Assembly: GCA_024704765.1 (NCBI GenBank)
Contig: JAKMXF010000222.1
Coordinates: 1,368,400 to 1,432,399, forward strand
Direction: 5' to 3'
DNA: 64,000 nucleotides
Source: Oopsacas minuta
Lineage: Eukaryota; Animalia; Porifera
In this document: piece after piece, positions 23,092 through 36,568 of the stretch
Layout of the letters: every line of letters starts with the position of its first letter
Numbering within the stretch: the first letter of the stretch is position 1
Program-made: the position numbers and the translations under genes
Notes under the pieces: model-generated
Told to the model about the DNA's origin: nothing
Seen by the model: the letters and a program-made list of their open reading frames with translations, nothing else
Database searches by the model: none

Positions 23092-24517
23092 ATATATTTA
23101 TAACATTACTTCTATTTATTGCTTATCCATAGCTATTATTTATCTTTCTCGAATAATATTTATTTATTTATTTATTTACTTGTGTTTTTATCAAGAAATT
23201 AAATAGAAATCTTCAACAATTGCATATGCTAAATCTGAACATTCTGTAGCTGCCATATTAACGTATCCATTGAGAAGTTACGATCGAATTAGTGATAACT
23301 TCATAATGAATACGCCTATGAATTTCTCAATTGTAAATTTATGATATTTATATGAATAAATAACTAAACCAGATTTATCACTGTCATTTTGCTAAATATG
23401 CATATACCCTTTTGCTGGAATACATAGAATTTGTGGCATAGGTATCATATCAAGTATTCGAGAGAGAAACAAAATTACAGTTACCATAGTTGACAAGTCT
23501 CACGGATCCAAAGTGGCCATGTATTTGAATTTTTAACACAATCTCTCTTTTATTTTTCCAAATCTCAATTCAAATTTTATGGGAAATTTAAGTTATTACA
23601 GTGATCATGACGAATTGAATACTATTGCCCTGTATCTTGCGGGGGTGTGAGGAATACCCCCCCCACTTTTCGCTAAACTTGTCGGTAAACCCTAGTCTAC
23701 TGGAGTGGCCTTTGCCTGGCTGCCACAATTTATAGAAACATCTTAATATGGCTATATCCTGTTCAGCAGTCCCAATTTCCACAAGCTTTATAAGCCCATG
23801 TTAATAATAATAATAATGTATTATTATTCTGAGAAATAGTTTTCGCTCGCTAAGAAAAATATATAAAACGTAGCACTAGTTTTCTAACAAGACCAAGGTA
23901 TCTATGCTGTGATAAGTGAGGCAATTTTATTTAGGTCCCATCTTCGTTCACTTCATCGAAACGAACATCTTAAAGCCGAAATTCTAAGAAAAACTAATAA
24001 TTATTTTTTACACTAAAAATGATAGGTTCACATCCCCCACCTACTTAAGTAGTTCGACTGTACAAACGACATACTTTATACATTAGGTTTTCATTACACG
24101 CAGATTAGCGAATAGCTACGCCCCTAAAGTTACGTACATAGATGTTTCTTATATACTTATGTCACGAATTGTATGTATTTCGCCTTATTCTACAAGATGT
24201 ATTAAATTCAATTACATAAAATGACAGCCCAAACGCTTATAATTATACTTAGTATTCACTAAAATACCTTTCGAAGTGGGTGAACGTAAGTACTAAGAAA
24301 CAAGGCCAAGGACTGCAGAATCTGTAAGATTGTTTCTTCACGGAGGGTCCAAGTACTAGTAATTATCCAATATTTCAAAGATATTGTGTGTATTTGGTGT
24401 TTGCTTTATGAAGATACTATATCCTCTAATTGTAACTAGATACACGTTCTCATGTGTCAGATATAGCTATGCATATATTATATAATCTAATGACTAAAAT
24501 GTTCATAAAATCAATTA

Positions 24518-27500
24518 ATGTTTGTTATATTTTTTTTGTTATTTATCTCCTTTCTGTTCGGATGTCTCAGTCAATCAATCGGTGTTACTAATTGTCCTAG
24601 TGAAATCGGCTTTTTAGATTCGAGTAGCTTCAATCCTGATAGCAGTCATTATTTCTTTTACTTTTACAGTGGTGCAGAAGCTAATGGATCTAGCAATAGG
24701 TTTATATTTCCCAATCTGTCTGTATCATGCTATGTCAACGTCGAAAAAGTCAGTTTTATATAACAATTTATATTCATATTAGTTTTAGGTCAATTTATTT
24801 TATTGCTATTTGTAGATTGTATTATTTCAAGGTCTACCTTATGCTTGTTTTGATGCTAGAGCCCAGTATGTGTTTGATTTGTGGTCTCTAGATCCCGACA
24901 ACCCGGGGAGATATGAATTAATTTACACAGAAATTCTCAAAGACACAGGCACCAGTGTGTCTACACGAATAAATCTTTACCCCAATGCAGATCTCATCAT
25001 GTATCCTGGTGATGTAATCGGGTTTAGGTATGTACTTTGAGAGCTATTGGGACACGATCATACGGAGAGTCAAATTATACACAATCAACCATCAATTAAA
25101 TTATTCACAACTAACAATGTTGTTGTTCTTCATCATCTCTTATTGGGAAGTCCTGATATGTAAGATACTTTTTTCAATTGGTTGCTAAACGAATGTAACG
25201 AACTGCAACAAGTAATGTACGAGTATTACAGAGAATCTTCCTAACCAGTAGATGTGAATTTCTTGCCTACTATGAAGTCAACTATCCACCTTAGATTCGA
25301 CTGACATCCTAATTAATTACATTTTAAGATAAACAGACTCTATAAAGTTTGATAATTTTAATTTCTAGAATAATATTCTCTCGTTTACAGAATGAATGTC
25401 ATTATTTAATCCATAGGGATGCAGCATTAAACTTCTTCAGCAATTTGGAACCCAAAAAAGTAACCCCCACCTACTGGGGTATTATCCAACCATTCACCAG
25501 TTGCAGGACATTCTCTACTACAGAACTAGGTGAAGATGTGGTTCTTGAAGGCAATTGGGCTCCTTCCTTCAACTTTTCTCTTGTTCCTCAATCTCCTACT
25601 GCTACTGAGTTTCAGATTAAGTATGATAGGAATCAAATTGAATCTGGTGAGTTCATTTCATGTGTAAATATCCGTTGTGCGATTATTGGCCGTTTGAACG
25701 TATTTAACGTTTCCAAGGGAGGGAGTGATAATCCGTGATAATGTAAGTTATTGTACCAGATGTGAAATATAGTGAAATTTGTCTGTCCTTCTTGAATCTT
25801 ATTTATTGTTGTCTCCCTACAGTACAAACTATACAATTATATCACCGTGGTATCTACAAACCCATTTGTAACCACATCTGGCATATAAGAACAGCTGACG
25901 TTCTCTGTCAGATAGCTAACTTCTCACACGCAGTATATGCTGACACAGAACTCACTTATGAGTCCAGCTCCATGATAAAAAGAGACTTGTCTGAATACTA
26001 TTGGCTAGACTACTTGTACTGTCCTATGTATTTTGTGGAACCTCAGAAGTGCCTGAGGTCAAGCTGGGAATGTGTTTCTAATTGCACTACATACAGCCAA
26101 ACAGCTGCTACATCCTGTGCTATGGTAAGTAACAGTGTAGATAACTATTAAAACATTAATCAAAATGCATGTAAAATGAATACAAGTACAATAAGCAATG
26201 TATCATACGGAGGTAGTCTGAATCTATTAGACATAACTATTTGGAAGTAGTTAGAGTATCCCAAGATTTGTATTATTTCTTCTCCTTCAATAGAGATCAC
26301 TCTCTTCAAGTTGTTTCCTTGTCTTATCTCTCCATCTATTGTATCTCCTTCCAGTTTTAGAGTAAATCTATTATTCTTTGTAAAATAGATTTGCCACGAA
26401 TTATTTCTTCTCTGAATAGAATAATTACTGGAGCTCTTTTGTTGAGTAATTATAGTATCATTAGAAGGATGTACTATTTCAGGTGGAAGTAGTTTGCATA
26501 GCATTCTTAAAGAAATCTCGTTGCTATGCTGTGGGGCTAGTTTCAATACATTTCTGTGTATAAGTTTATGCTGCTTGAAACTGAATAGATGGATTTCTTG
26601 ACCTAAATAATCTTTCCCAACTTTGAGAACTCTCCTTCCACTCAATCCACCACCTTCCTGGTAACTACTAACCTCTATTTCTAACCTGTCCATTAGCTGT
26701 ATAGGATAGTATAATGCAGATTGTCTCAATAACACTTCATTCTGTACTCTTGATGGTAACTTAGTTGAGTCTCCTAACCTCCAAATAGTTAGATCTCTGA
26801 GGGATGGTACTACTGAGTATACAATCAGTGAGTATAATCCCTCTTCTGTTACACACAACACACTGCTACTCTCTCTACCTTCTCTCCAGCTGATATCTAA
26901 CACAGGAGACATAGTATTAATATCAAATGAATTTATTTCTATACCTTCTCCACTGAAGAATACCAATGACTGTGTGTTACTGTATCTTATCACCGTGATT
27001 AGAATATCCCTAGTAGCAACCCATAAATATGTAGACACATTTAACCCTGCAGGGTATGTCAGCTGTCCATTTGTATCCATAATACACAGTTGCTTGTCAC
27101 TATTTAACGCATGAATAATCCCGTCTATATTAGTAGATATCCTCGGAGAGTAAGTTAAACTGGTTTGATAGGTCACCTGCCAGGTCTGTGTAGATACATG
27201 AATTAGTGTGTTGTTTGTTAGTGATATTATCAGCTCTTGGTCATCTCTCCCCCAGGCTAATCTATGCTGATTGTGTGTCATATTTTCTGTAAAATCCTTA
27301 CCAGTAATTGATCTTGACAAGATTACACTAACATTACTTAATTGAGATCCCGGAGCATTGAGGGCTAAGTACCCACATAGTAATAGGTTATGTGTCCTGT
27401 GTGTGTAGCGGAGGGTGGCAAGAGAAGTGCCGGAATGAGACCAAGCTAGTCCTGCTACCAGCTCTACTGTTGCACTTGTTATTTTAGCTAGTTTAGCAAT

Positions 27501-30500
27501 GCCTTCTCTCGGTTTGTTTATTCTCAGTAGTAAGAGACTGCCATTTTGGTCTATAATAGCAACTTCCTTATGTATAGATGTAGTAGCTATGTGAGTTACA
27601 GTCCTGATGCAACCATATGATAAGGTTATGCTGTATGGGATCTCAGTAGAGGTTTGAGTTGGATACCATGTGAACCCGATTGACCCTGACTTATGGCCAG
27701 TCAACAGACAGTCAAAATTAAGGTCTACTTGTACCCAGGAGCATGCTGATACAGAATCAAGCAACCTCACTAAATTTGGTTTGTAGGAAAATACTATAGT
27801 GGTCATATTATTTGATAACCATATCCTGAGATAACAGTATATATCTATAATATTGTGTTGTTTGAATATCACACCTCTCATTTGTGACATGATATCCTCT
27901 TGAGTAGATAGGCCATTGTTCTGTTGTGGTATCCTCTAATTATAACCCAATCAAAATCAATTCATAATAATATTATTTTGTCACCTAAAATTGAGTGAAT
28001 GACTGTTGACTATACCATACGTACTGTTCTGATTCACTTAATTAGGTAGTGATAGAATTTAATTGTACTAGGTTCTAGCATCGAAAATGTTGTCAATGAT
28101 TCCCCGAATTTGGGCGGGAACTTCGGCACGAGTCCTCTTATAGACCATGTCCATCTTCAAATGATATTGAAACTGTCAAAGGTAGAATTATGTCGGATTG
28201 CATGAATAATTCGTTAATCACTTAAATCGAGTTCTGTAGTATAATTGGTGATAGTATACTGCCTGAATAACTGGTAATCACGAGTTAGTACAGAGGACTG
28301 CCAGAATTGGTTTCGGATAATGCATACACTAGATGACGCTAATCACTCTATCCATCCTACAATCTTGAAGTTTGCTGAACCAGACCCACCAAAAATATTA
28401 GCATTCTAATCAGAGCAGTCGGAAGTTGTGCGGCTGGGGCGGCCCTGAATCTAACATTGGATAATATGAATCTCGAATATGGACAAATCAACAATGTTAA
28501 TTAAATAATTGTGTTCAGTTAAAAGTGTAATAAATGTTATGAGTGGTAACAGACCGATTCCTTTAGATTAGCATTTATAATCTAGTAACGTAATTTCTTA
28601 GGAAGAAGGTAGAACACGCCTTGTTTTGAGAGAAATACATCCTAACAGTACTAACCAGTCTATTTTTGATACTCTAACTCAATTCTCTTCTGACTTTACT
28701 AGACGCAGAGTTCCTACTGTACAGATATATTATAAACAACACTGGCAAGACTTGTCAGGAGATGATTTGTTACGATCCACTGGTGAAGTTATTTGCAAGT
28801 CTCATGGATTTGCTAACATATTCTTCATCGGAAAGTTTGAAACTAATAACTCTAAAGACCATATTCTATTGAACTGCACAGGTATTTTATTTACTAAATA
28901 ATAATATAATAGAGATGTTTCACAAACCTTTGTTGCTAGGACTTATATTAATAATGAGCCGCTTCGCATGCTCGCGCTGCGCGGCTTGCGAATACTTTGT
29001 ATTCGCATGGGACTCGGCACTTCGTGCCTCTAATTTAGCAAAGTGTAAAATTGCAAATTGAATTAATAAATTAATATTTCAACTATTTTACTTTTATTCA
29101 TAAAAACAACCAATAATTTAAATAAGAAAAACTTGAATATGCAAAATTCGGATTCAGCATCCTTTGATACCCATCTATAGCCATCATAAAAACAACAAAA
29201 ATTTACATATGATAAATTCGAAAGTGTGAAAATCGGAATCAGCATACTCGATTACCCTAATGTAATTGTTTAATTTTCCTATATCGTCAACAGAAGGATA
29301 TGTTATTCCCTATATTATATTCACAGATCATCTTCCCTACTATTATAATACAAAGTGGACAAACAAACAAACAAACACAATAATTGATTTTTAAAATACA
29401 GATTTAATAAATAACATTCTGTAATTATGAGTCTTTAAATCTTGCATCACAATATAGTGACGTATCAAATGAATTTAATAAACGGATTACTTATATGTCG
29501 GCGGCCTACATTGTCGGCTAGCCGACAAAAACGGCTAACCTGTTGGAAATAGTATGCATTAACTAACTAAATCAATTAAGTTCACAATTTTTTGTCAAAT
29601 TGTCTTTTCTTTTTTGTTTTCATCTCGGTAAATATCCGCTTCCGTTTATTTGGTGGACGTCCTTTACTCTTAACATGTCTAGGATTCTTTACTTTAGTGA
29701 TATTCCAAGTAGTCTTGTGTGCTATTTGTGCTTCGGGGTGATCGACAGCTAGTAGATGGTAATAGTATTCTGTAAAAAGGAAAATGAAATGTATGTTAAG
29801 AATTATTACTTGATTTCCAATAGGTTAGCCGTTTTTTCGGCTAGCCGACATATAAATAATCCGTTTACTAAAATACAATAGTATAAAATTTATTTTTGGT
29901 ATCCTGATTATAATCCTGGTAATTACTCTATTTAGGCTCAGAATCAAGTACATCAGAATGCACTATTCAAGAATATTCACTCAATACATCATCTAATTAT
30001 CTTCCTATACTGGTTTGTTCCTATGAAGAAGGTTACATCTCTCTCTACAACAATCAATCACACTCTAGAAATAAAGGAGAAGTTCAATACTCTACCAATT
30101 CTAGCTCATTAGCCTTTGTGTGTACTGATAACTGGAGTGCAATAGAGAGTAGTGTTGTATGTAGTCAGCTGGGATATCCAACACTTCTTAACTATAATCT
30201 CGTCCTTGCTAATCTATCTGATCAGTCTCAATACAATTACTACCAGCAGATTGATACATTACACATGATTGAGGTATTGTAATTATTTAAAAGATATTAT
30301 AATACAACATTAACCCCCGATGAAATATTCCAGGAAATATTTCAATTAAACATCCTTTGGGGAGTCGTATCGCATAGCAATGACAGCACGACGCTTTGGG
30401 AACATCTCGTACCATAATGTACAAATTCCAGTATACTTCCGAGTTCCGAATAATGAGCAATGTATAATTGTTGTTTCCATGACATCATGCGTTATTTAGT

Positions 30501-32814
30501 GGGATGAGTAAGTTTAATATGAACTATTGTGATAGATGACACTAATGAAAGAGAAATATTAATTTTAGATATGATATACTCGTGACCTACGTAGGCCACG
30601 AGTATACAAGTTATATTTTCATTTACATATATTTGTGTGTATAGGGAAAACCTCCAAGTTTGCTAGTTTCAACTGCAATATATTTTGTCTAATTTACTTC
30701 CTTAGGCTAACTTTGAGTGTTCTGGATATGAATCTTCCCTCAGAGATTGTGGTATTACTAGAGTAACCACTAACTCTACTGTCTGTCAGAGGAACATTGT
30801 TAATATAACCTGTGAACCTGATCAGCTGATTCACAATGAAACATTTGACTGTTATAACTATATAGAATTTCTAGCTCCTTCTCTTAACTACAAATTCAAA
30901 AATGAATACTCCTCCAATTGCTTCTCCCTCTACAATGTCCTTTCTCTAACCAACGATATTAAATCTACAAGCACTGGAAAATACTTCATTCAATCCATTT
31001 CATTTGAACGCACCATCTCTATGCATAGTAATTTTATCAAACTCAGCAGTACAACAGATATCCAGAAGCGTTCTATTGATAATTCAGAAGATTTATGTTA
31101 CGTAATATATTTTGATTCTAAGGGAGCTCCTCTATCTGTAGCTGGTATTACAAACAGTACTACACTCACATATAGTACATTATATCATGTAACAGATTAT
31201 CCTGATGCAATACAACTAACTGGTAACATTACTAACTTACAAGAACCAATTAATACTACTTCTATGTCTCTTGTATGCGATAAAGCTGGTACCTCTATAT
31301 CCAATGCTTATTTGCTTAGTTCACACAGTGAGCCTAGCATTACTACAGTAGATTCTCCATCTTTTATAGGGAATTTTGAATCATTACAAGGATTGGAAAC
31401 CGCTTACAAGTCAGTAATAACTCCTACTACACCTCCAATAACTACTACCGATATCACCTCTACTAGTAGACCTATTCCCAATCACGATGCTTTGATGTTC
31501 ACAGGGATAGCTACTGGAGTAATTGTATTTGTATCTATTATAGTATCTACATTTATTTGTCTGTTACACATACTTCGTAGACATTACAAGAAGGAGATTG
31601 TTACTTTACAAATACAATCAAAAGCAGTTGTATCTTCCGTCTATCCAGCTGAAAATTGTGCTAACGATCATTTTCTCAACCTCAGTCAATCAACAAATAA
31701 TTATGTCCAGCAAAACGTGTACTACTATAAACTCAAACTAAAATCAAACACATGTGCCCAATTCGTAGAATCCACTAGATCAATACGTCATACTATGCTA
31801 ACCGTCAGTATAGTGCCTAAGTTTGGTGTTAAGATGCCAGAAGTTAATTATGTAGGTGTTAATTCTAAGAGGAACTTTGATACCACCGATCAGTGGCACC
31901 TAGAGAGAGATAAGCTGGTGTACTTGAGAGAACTAGGATTGGGGTATTATGGGAAAGTGCAGTTGATGGAAGCTAAGAATATGTACGGATATGATAAACT
32001 ACCTGTAGCTGTCAAAACACTGTCAACTCAAGACAAACAGCAAACTGAGCAATTTATGAGAGAAGTCAAGCTAATGATGTCTCTGCAGAATGAGTATGTT
32101 GTGTCTCTGCTGGGGTTCTGTCCTCCAACCAAGGACGCTACCCCTCTGATGGTGCTGGAGTACATGGAATTTGGAGACCTCAAGAGTTTAATACAATCAT
32201 ATCTAGATACTCCTGCAACCAGAGAGAGGGAGCTTAACATCCTTCATCTGGTATCCATGGCTCATAATATTGCATCAGCACTTGTATACTTGGCAGAGCA
32301 TTACTACGTACACAGAGATATAGCAGCTAGGAATTGTCTGGTTGGGAAAGGATTAATCTGTAAATTATCTGACTTTGGATTGACTCTAATGACAGATGGT
32401 CAGAGCTCCAATGCTCTGCCTCGTATCAATACTACTGTACCGGTTAAGTGGACTGCTCCTGAGACATTCTTATCTGGAGTATTCTCATTCAGCAGTGACG
32501 TATGGTCGTATGGAGTATTCTTGTGGGAGATATTTTCTTATGGAGCTGAACCCTTAGAAGATCTTACAAAAGATGAACTTATCTCAGCCATAAAGAGTGG
32601 TACTTTGGCATTACCACACATTCCAAATGTACCTGGTTTCTGTAACGATCTCATACAGATGTGTTGTTTCTTCGATCATCTTCAGAGACCTTACATTCAA
32701 GACGTGAAGGGCATTATTGAGGGTGTATTGTTCCAGAATGAGAGTAATGATTCTAATTCAGTTCATTCTTGTACTGATGACGAAAAAACTTTAGTAGAGA
32801 GCACAATAATATAA
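24518..32814 (+). CDS. Receptor tyrosine kinase with SRCR-like ectodomain, ~1233 aa, 7 exons
   Basis: Exons by GT-AG and phase: 24518-24748, 24816-25027, 25417-25646, 25823-26124, 28602-28881, 29936-30273, 30706-32814 (3702 nt, in frame). Signal peptide and three SRCR-like modules (e.g. VCTDNWSAIESSVVCSQLGY...FECSGYESSLRDC), then a TM and a kinase with LGLGYYG, VAVK, HRDIAARNCLV, DFG, VPVKWTAPE and SDVWSYGV. Confidence 0.85.
26160..27806 (-). CDS. WD40 - SOCS box - Tubby-like protein (divergent TULP4-like), nested antisense in RTK intron 4
   Basis: Single 576-codon ORF, likely ATG at 27806. WD40-like strands (LAWSHSGTSLAT, ISWREG), a SOCS-box-like VPSLRDLTIWRL...LPSRVQNEV, and a Tubby-like beta region ending in a hydrophobic C-terminal helix. 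Lies entirely inside intron 26125-28601. Confidence 0.7.
   Translation of the reverse strand: MTTIVFSYKPNLVRLLDSVSACSWVQVDLNFDCLLTGHKSGSIGFTWYPTQTSTEIPYSITLSYGCIRTVTHIATTSIHKEVAIIDQNGSLLLLRINKPREGIAKLAKITSATVELVAGLAWSHSGTSLATLRYTHRTHNLLLCGYLALNAPGSQLSNVSVILSRSITGKDFTENMTHNQHRLAWGRDDQELIISLTNNTLIHVSTQTWQVTYQTSLTYSPRISTNIDGIIHALNSDKQLCIMDTNGQLTYPAGLNVSTYLWVATRDILITVIRYSNTQSLVFFSGEGIEINSFDINTMSPVLDISWREGRESSSVLCVTEEGLYSLIVYSVVPSLRDLTIWRLGDSTKLPSRVQNEVLLRQSALYYPIQLMDRLEIEVSSYQEGGGLSGRRVLKVGKDYLGQEIHLFSFKQHKLIHRNVLKLAPQHSNEISLRMLCKLLPPEIVHPSNDTIITQQKSSSNYSIQRRNNSWQIYFTKNNRFTLKLEGDTIDGEIRQGNNLKRVISIEGEEIIQILGYSNYFQIVMSNRFRLPPYDTLLIVLVFILHAF
28953..29402 (-). mobile_element. Non-autonomous Helitron-like element (copy A), in RTK intron 5
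   Basis: Shares with 40401-40940 the GC-rich hairpin end (gcttcgcatgctcgcgctgcgcggcttgc), the internal ggaatcagcat..cgattacc motif and an (AACA)n tract before the TC 5' terminus. Confidence 0.6.
29479..29867. mobile_element. MITE with ~55-bp TIRs, in RTK intron 5
   Basis: Left end taaacggattacttatatgtcggc[16-nt insert]tagccgacaaaacggctaacctgttggaaat versus reverse-complemented right end taaacggattatttatatgtcggctagccgaaaaaacggctaacctattggaaat. Confidence 0.75.
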
Positions 32815-32858
32815 TTATTTGTAATTAATTGTGATATATTCCTGTACTTTTAGATATT

Positions 32859-32917
32859 CCCCTCCTCCCCTCCTCCCCTCCTCCCCTCCTCCCCTCCTCC
32901 CCTCCTCCCCTCCTCCC
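32859..32917. repeat. (CCCCTCCT)n tandem repeat
   Basis: About 7 copies of an 8-bp unit starting ~45 bp after the RTK stop. Confidence 0.85.
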
Positions 32918-33718
32918 TCTTCCCCTCTACTTTGCTTAATTGCCTTTGATATTACTAATACTGACATATGCTTATACAGTACATTTATTATCGGCGATGT
33001 TATTTGATGCAAGGTATGTATGTTCTCTTAACTCTACAGAGCTCTTCGAATATATAATCTTTTTTTGGAAAGCTGAATAGGCTAAATAGCATATGCTTTC
33101 ATACTTTATTTATGAGCTCATTGCTTCGCAAAGATCTCGTCGCTCCGCTTCACGCGGTATTTCATGAGTACCCAGAAAGACTATGAAAGGAGCAGCCATT
33201 AGCTAATAAGTCACTATACTTTCTCTATAATCAATTTTCTATCACAACAATGAGTAACGAAAGTTCTGATCCCAATTTCTGGTGAAACTATATAACCATA
33301 TAATGCTAACTATTTTATAGGCAATTATGCAGCATTTTAGCTTCTTGACAGCTGGAGGACAGACCTGCAGCTGTCACCGTGAATATTATTCAGAGATTAG
33401 TGACTCCCGAATTCTATAGAAGATTCGGGGACACTATTCCCATTAGGGTAATGTTAGGGGACAGGGCTGGGGTTGGTTAACCGAATTAGAGCGTGGCTAA
33501 AACCTTTTCGATAATATCGGTTAACCGATTAACCGCTGTAAGTATTCTATGATACAATCAATAGAGTTTTGTATCTAAAATTGTAAATATCAATACATAG
33601 CTAGTATATATGCAATTGTGATGCGATTGTATCTAAAAAACTATTGAAATTTAGTAATACTGACCAAAAATGTAAGAGCTATAGAGTTTTTAGATCCTCT
33701 ACAGACAGTTGTCCTCTT

Positions 33719-35282
33719 TTATGTTACCAACCGTAATATAGCCAAATTCTTCAATGAATATGCAAGTGGACGGAATATTTGACACAGACCATGTCCTGTC
33801 TCGCAAACTGTTTCTATGAAATTCCCAAACAGGTCAAACACTTTGATGGAATTATCCCAGACATCGCATATGTATATTCTCCATTCATCTATGATAGGAT
33901 TATAGAACAAGTTGGAGTTGTATGCTCCTACTATCTGTTCCTCTGTGAGTATGGACCCTATGAGTTCTCTTTGTAAAGAGAACTGTTGGAGAGGAGAGGG
34001 AGATCCCGTGAAGAGACAAAACAAAGTTTCAGTAGCCTTCATGTCCTGTAGCCATGGATACCTATTCATACTCTGGGTATGCTGTATGGGATTCAGTGGG
34101 TATTCTTGTTCTATATGGAGAGGATCTACTTGCATACGGATGAGACTGGCCTTGAGAGTCCTCACATACAAATGCATACTGTTAGAGGAGGTACAACAAG
34201 CCTATGTTATTGAGATGATATGTTCACGTTCACGATGCATGCTAGATATCTTCATATTATCTTTCTATTTCAAGCTGAATTGTACTATTATACTTGAATA
34301 GCACACGAATAAGAACGGTTTGAAGTAGGTCAATGAGACAGGAGTACCAGGTAAACGAGGATCATGATAAGAACATGTACCTGCAAGATCAAGAGCTCTG
34401 TAGACTGAGACTGTATCACCGTATCTATCCGCTATCATTATGTTATTCTTAAACATAATGATACCAACTGGAGTGCCTAATTGGTTACATATTACTCCAC
34501 CTCTATCAACACCAGATGCTACCGGGATGTTCCTCTTGGGCTGCTACAGGGGTTTATACAGGAATTTCTGGGCCGGCTCCTTTTTCGCAGTGACTTTCTA
34601 TGGATGGCGCTTTTTTGGACGGTAACATATTGATCCTGTACTAATTTGAGTCTCATGTTCGGCACTTTGTTTACTTCATGCATGCTGAAATGATACTTTT
34701 AGGTGCCCGCCAATCACCTAGACAAACTCTTGGGCTGCTACCATCGGATAGTTACCAGTGGTGATCGAAAATGAAGGAATTTTTATCCTGTTGTCGTAAT
34801 AGTGACGGATCCTTCTGAATATATCTCAGTCTCAAAGATTCATATCTCTTACAATCACACTCCCGATTGGTTTTGGAAGTTTAGGAGTTACTCTCTGAAT
34901 TTTCGTAATCTTTGCTCAGCTGTCTCCTTCCATATGATGAGACCGTTTGGGGAGTATAGGGATGGTTCTACTAGAGTTCTTTCTATGTAGAAGAGGCTGT
35001 CTTTGTAGTAGATTAGGAGGTAGTCATCTATGATTAGTAGAGATATTTTCTGTAAATGCTGGTCGTATCACTCCGTGAATGAATATTTGAGAGAGACAGG
35101 GAGTATTTTGCATATTTGCTGGATATTACAGATTCAAACTTTCTGCATAGTGGTGGTAAATTGTCTCGAATTGTGAAACTTATTTTCCTAATACCTTCAA
35201 TTTCATCGTGGATATTAATTAACACAGCAGTATTTACTTCCAAACGCTCTTCTGCAGTTTTTGGTGGCCCATCGAACCTCAA
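33719..35282 (-). pseudogene. Decayed NHL-repeat protein gene
   Basis: Broken minus-strand frames carry NHL-like segments (IMIADRYGDTVSVY; RIYICDVWDNSIKVFDLFGNFIETV) separated by frameshifts and several in-frame stops. The upstream boundary is uncertain. Confidence 0.55.
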
Positions 35283-36096
35283 TTTATTGTAGCCTTGTCA
35301 ATTTCAAAATAAACTTTCAGTCAGTTTAGATTTTAGTTAATAGGAAATTTGTAGTAGTTCTTTTATAAAATAGCCATACGTTAGAACTTCTACAATATTT
35401 TGTTTACAATATCATATTCATTTTATGTGAATTTTGTTGAATTGTATTGCTGTCATGGACAAATTGTTATTATTGTGTTTATCTGCCTGGATGTGTCCAA
35501 GTTCATTTTAGACACTCCTCGCTTGGTTGGCGGCGTGCGAACATTTGTCCTTTAGGTTAGAGATATCGCTTTAGGTCCAGGGAGGTAAATATTGATCGGG
35601 AGCCCGATGGTGGGAATATAAGCGAGGATATCGAGCTACAGAAAAGGATCTTTTAGGCTTGTCATCCTCAAAAATAGTGAACCAAATAGGTTAAATTTTG
35701 AGGCCAACAAAGACCAATTTCCCTCAATATATACTTTTAATCCGAGCGCGAGCGGAGAAAGCGAATTAAAACTATGTCCTCGCAAGCGAAGTGAGTGAAA
35801 TATCAGGCCAAAGTCCAAAGTCCAAAGCGATAAATCCAGCTATAGCCAGATCAAATTGAAATAGTTACACACACTTTGTCCGTGCTCGGGCTCGGGCTTG
35901 ATGTTAGAGATACGTTATACAGATTTGCACAGTGGGACAGCGATTTATCATACCATCTTTTCACACTTTTTGGCTAATAATTCAAATCTATCCTAAAGAT
36001 TTATTTTCAACGGTTAGTCCGGGGTAATCCTGTGCGTAGAATTCGATTCTGACATTTGAAATACGTATCAGACATGGATACCGTATTTATCATATA

Positions 36097-36172
36097 CAAT
36101 CAACTCCTGTTATATCGAAGCTCAAGGCACAGTACTAATTGCTTCGATATAAGCGGAAGCAGATATAATCGA
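36097..36172 (+). mobile_element. Partial Tigger-like MITE
   Basis: TA|caatcaactcctgttatatcgaagctcaaggcac matches the TIR family at 60731 and 5838. Confidence 0.55.
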
Positions 36173-36523
36173 TGTAATTTTACTTTGATTTAGGACCAGT
36201 TTGGGACCATACAATTTCAGACTTCAATCCTCAAATCTGATAGGCCAAGACATTTAGACACCTATATCAGAGTGTTTGAGTTATCTCTTAAATCTTAGAA
36301 CTTGTAGACTTGTTACATTTCACAGACATGATAAATTATTTCAGGCATAAAGGGTTTCTAGCTCACTAGACATTAAGTTTTAGTTATTGTACAAAAAGAC
36401 ATTTGAATTTTAATAATATAGATAATTATTGTATCATTTGTAATAAAGATTTAGCATTATACGTACAGCAACATTGAAATCGAATAATTTGAGAAGGAAA
36501 GTTATTACACCGAGTACACACAC

Positions 36524-36528
<5 letters not shown>

Positions 36529-36565
<37 letters not shown>
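36529..36565. repeat. (TAA)12 microsatellite
   Basis: Direct reading of the sequence. Confidence 0.9.

Positions 36566-36568
<3 letters not shown>

Noticed and set aside
25647-25822. Apparent stop ending a separate gene at 25738
   Set aside because: A gtgagt donor at 25647 and a ctacag acceptor at 25822 join the flanking exons in phase, removing the stop.
32815-33012. ORF with EEGRRGGG repeats
   Set aside because: Translation artefact of the (CCCCTCCT)n repeat.
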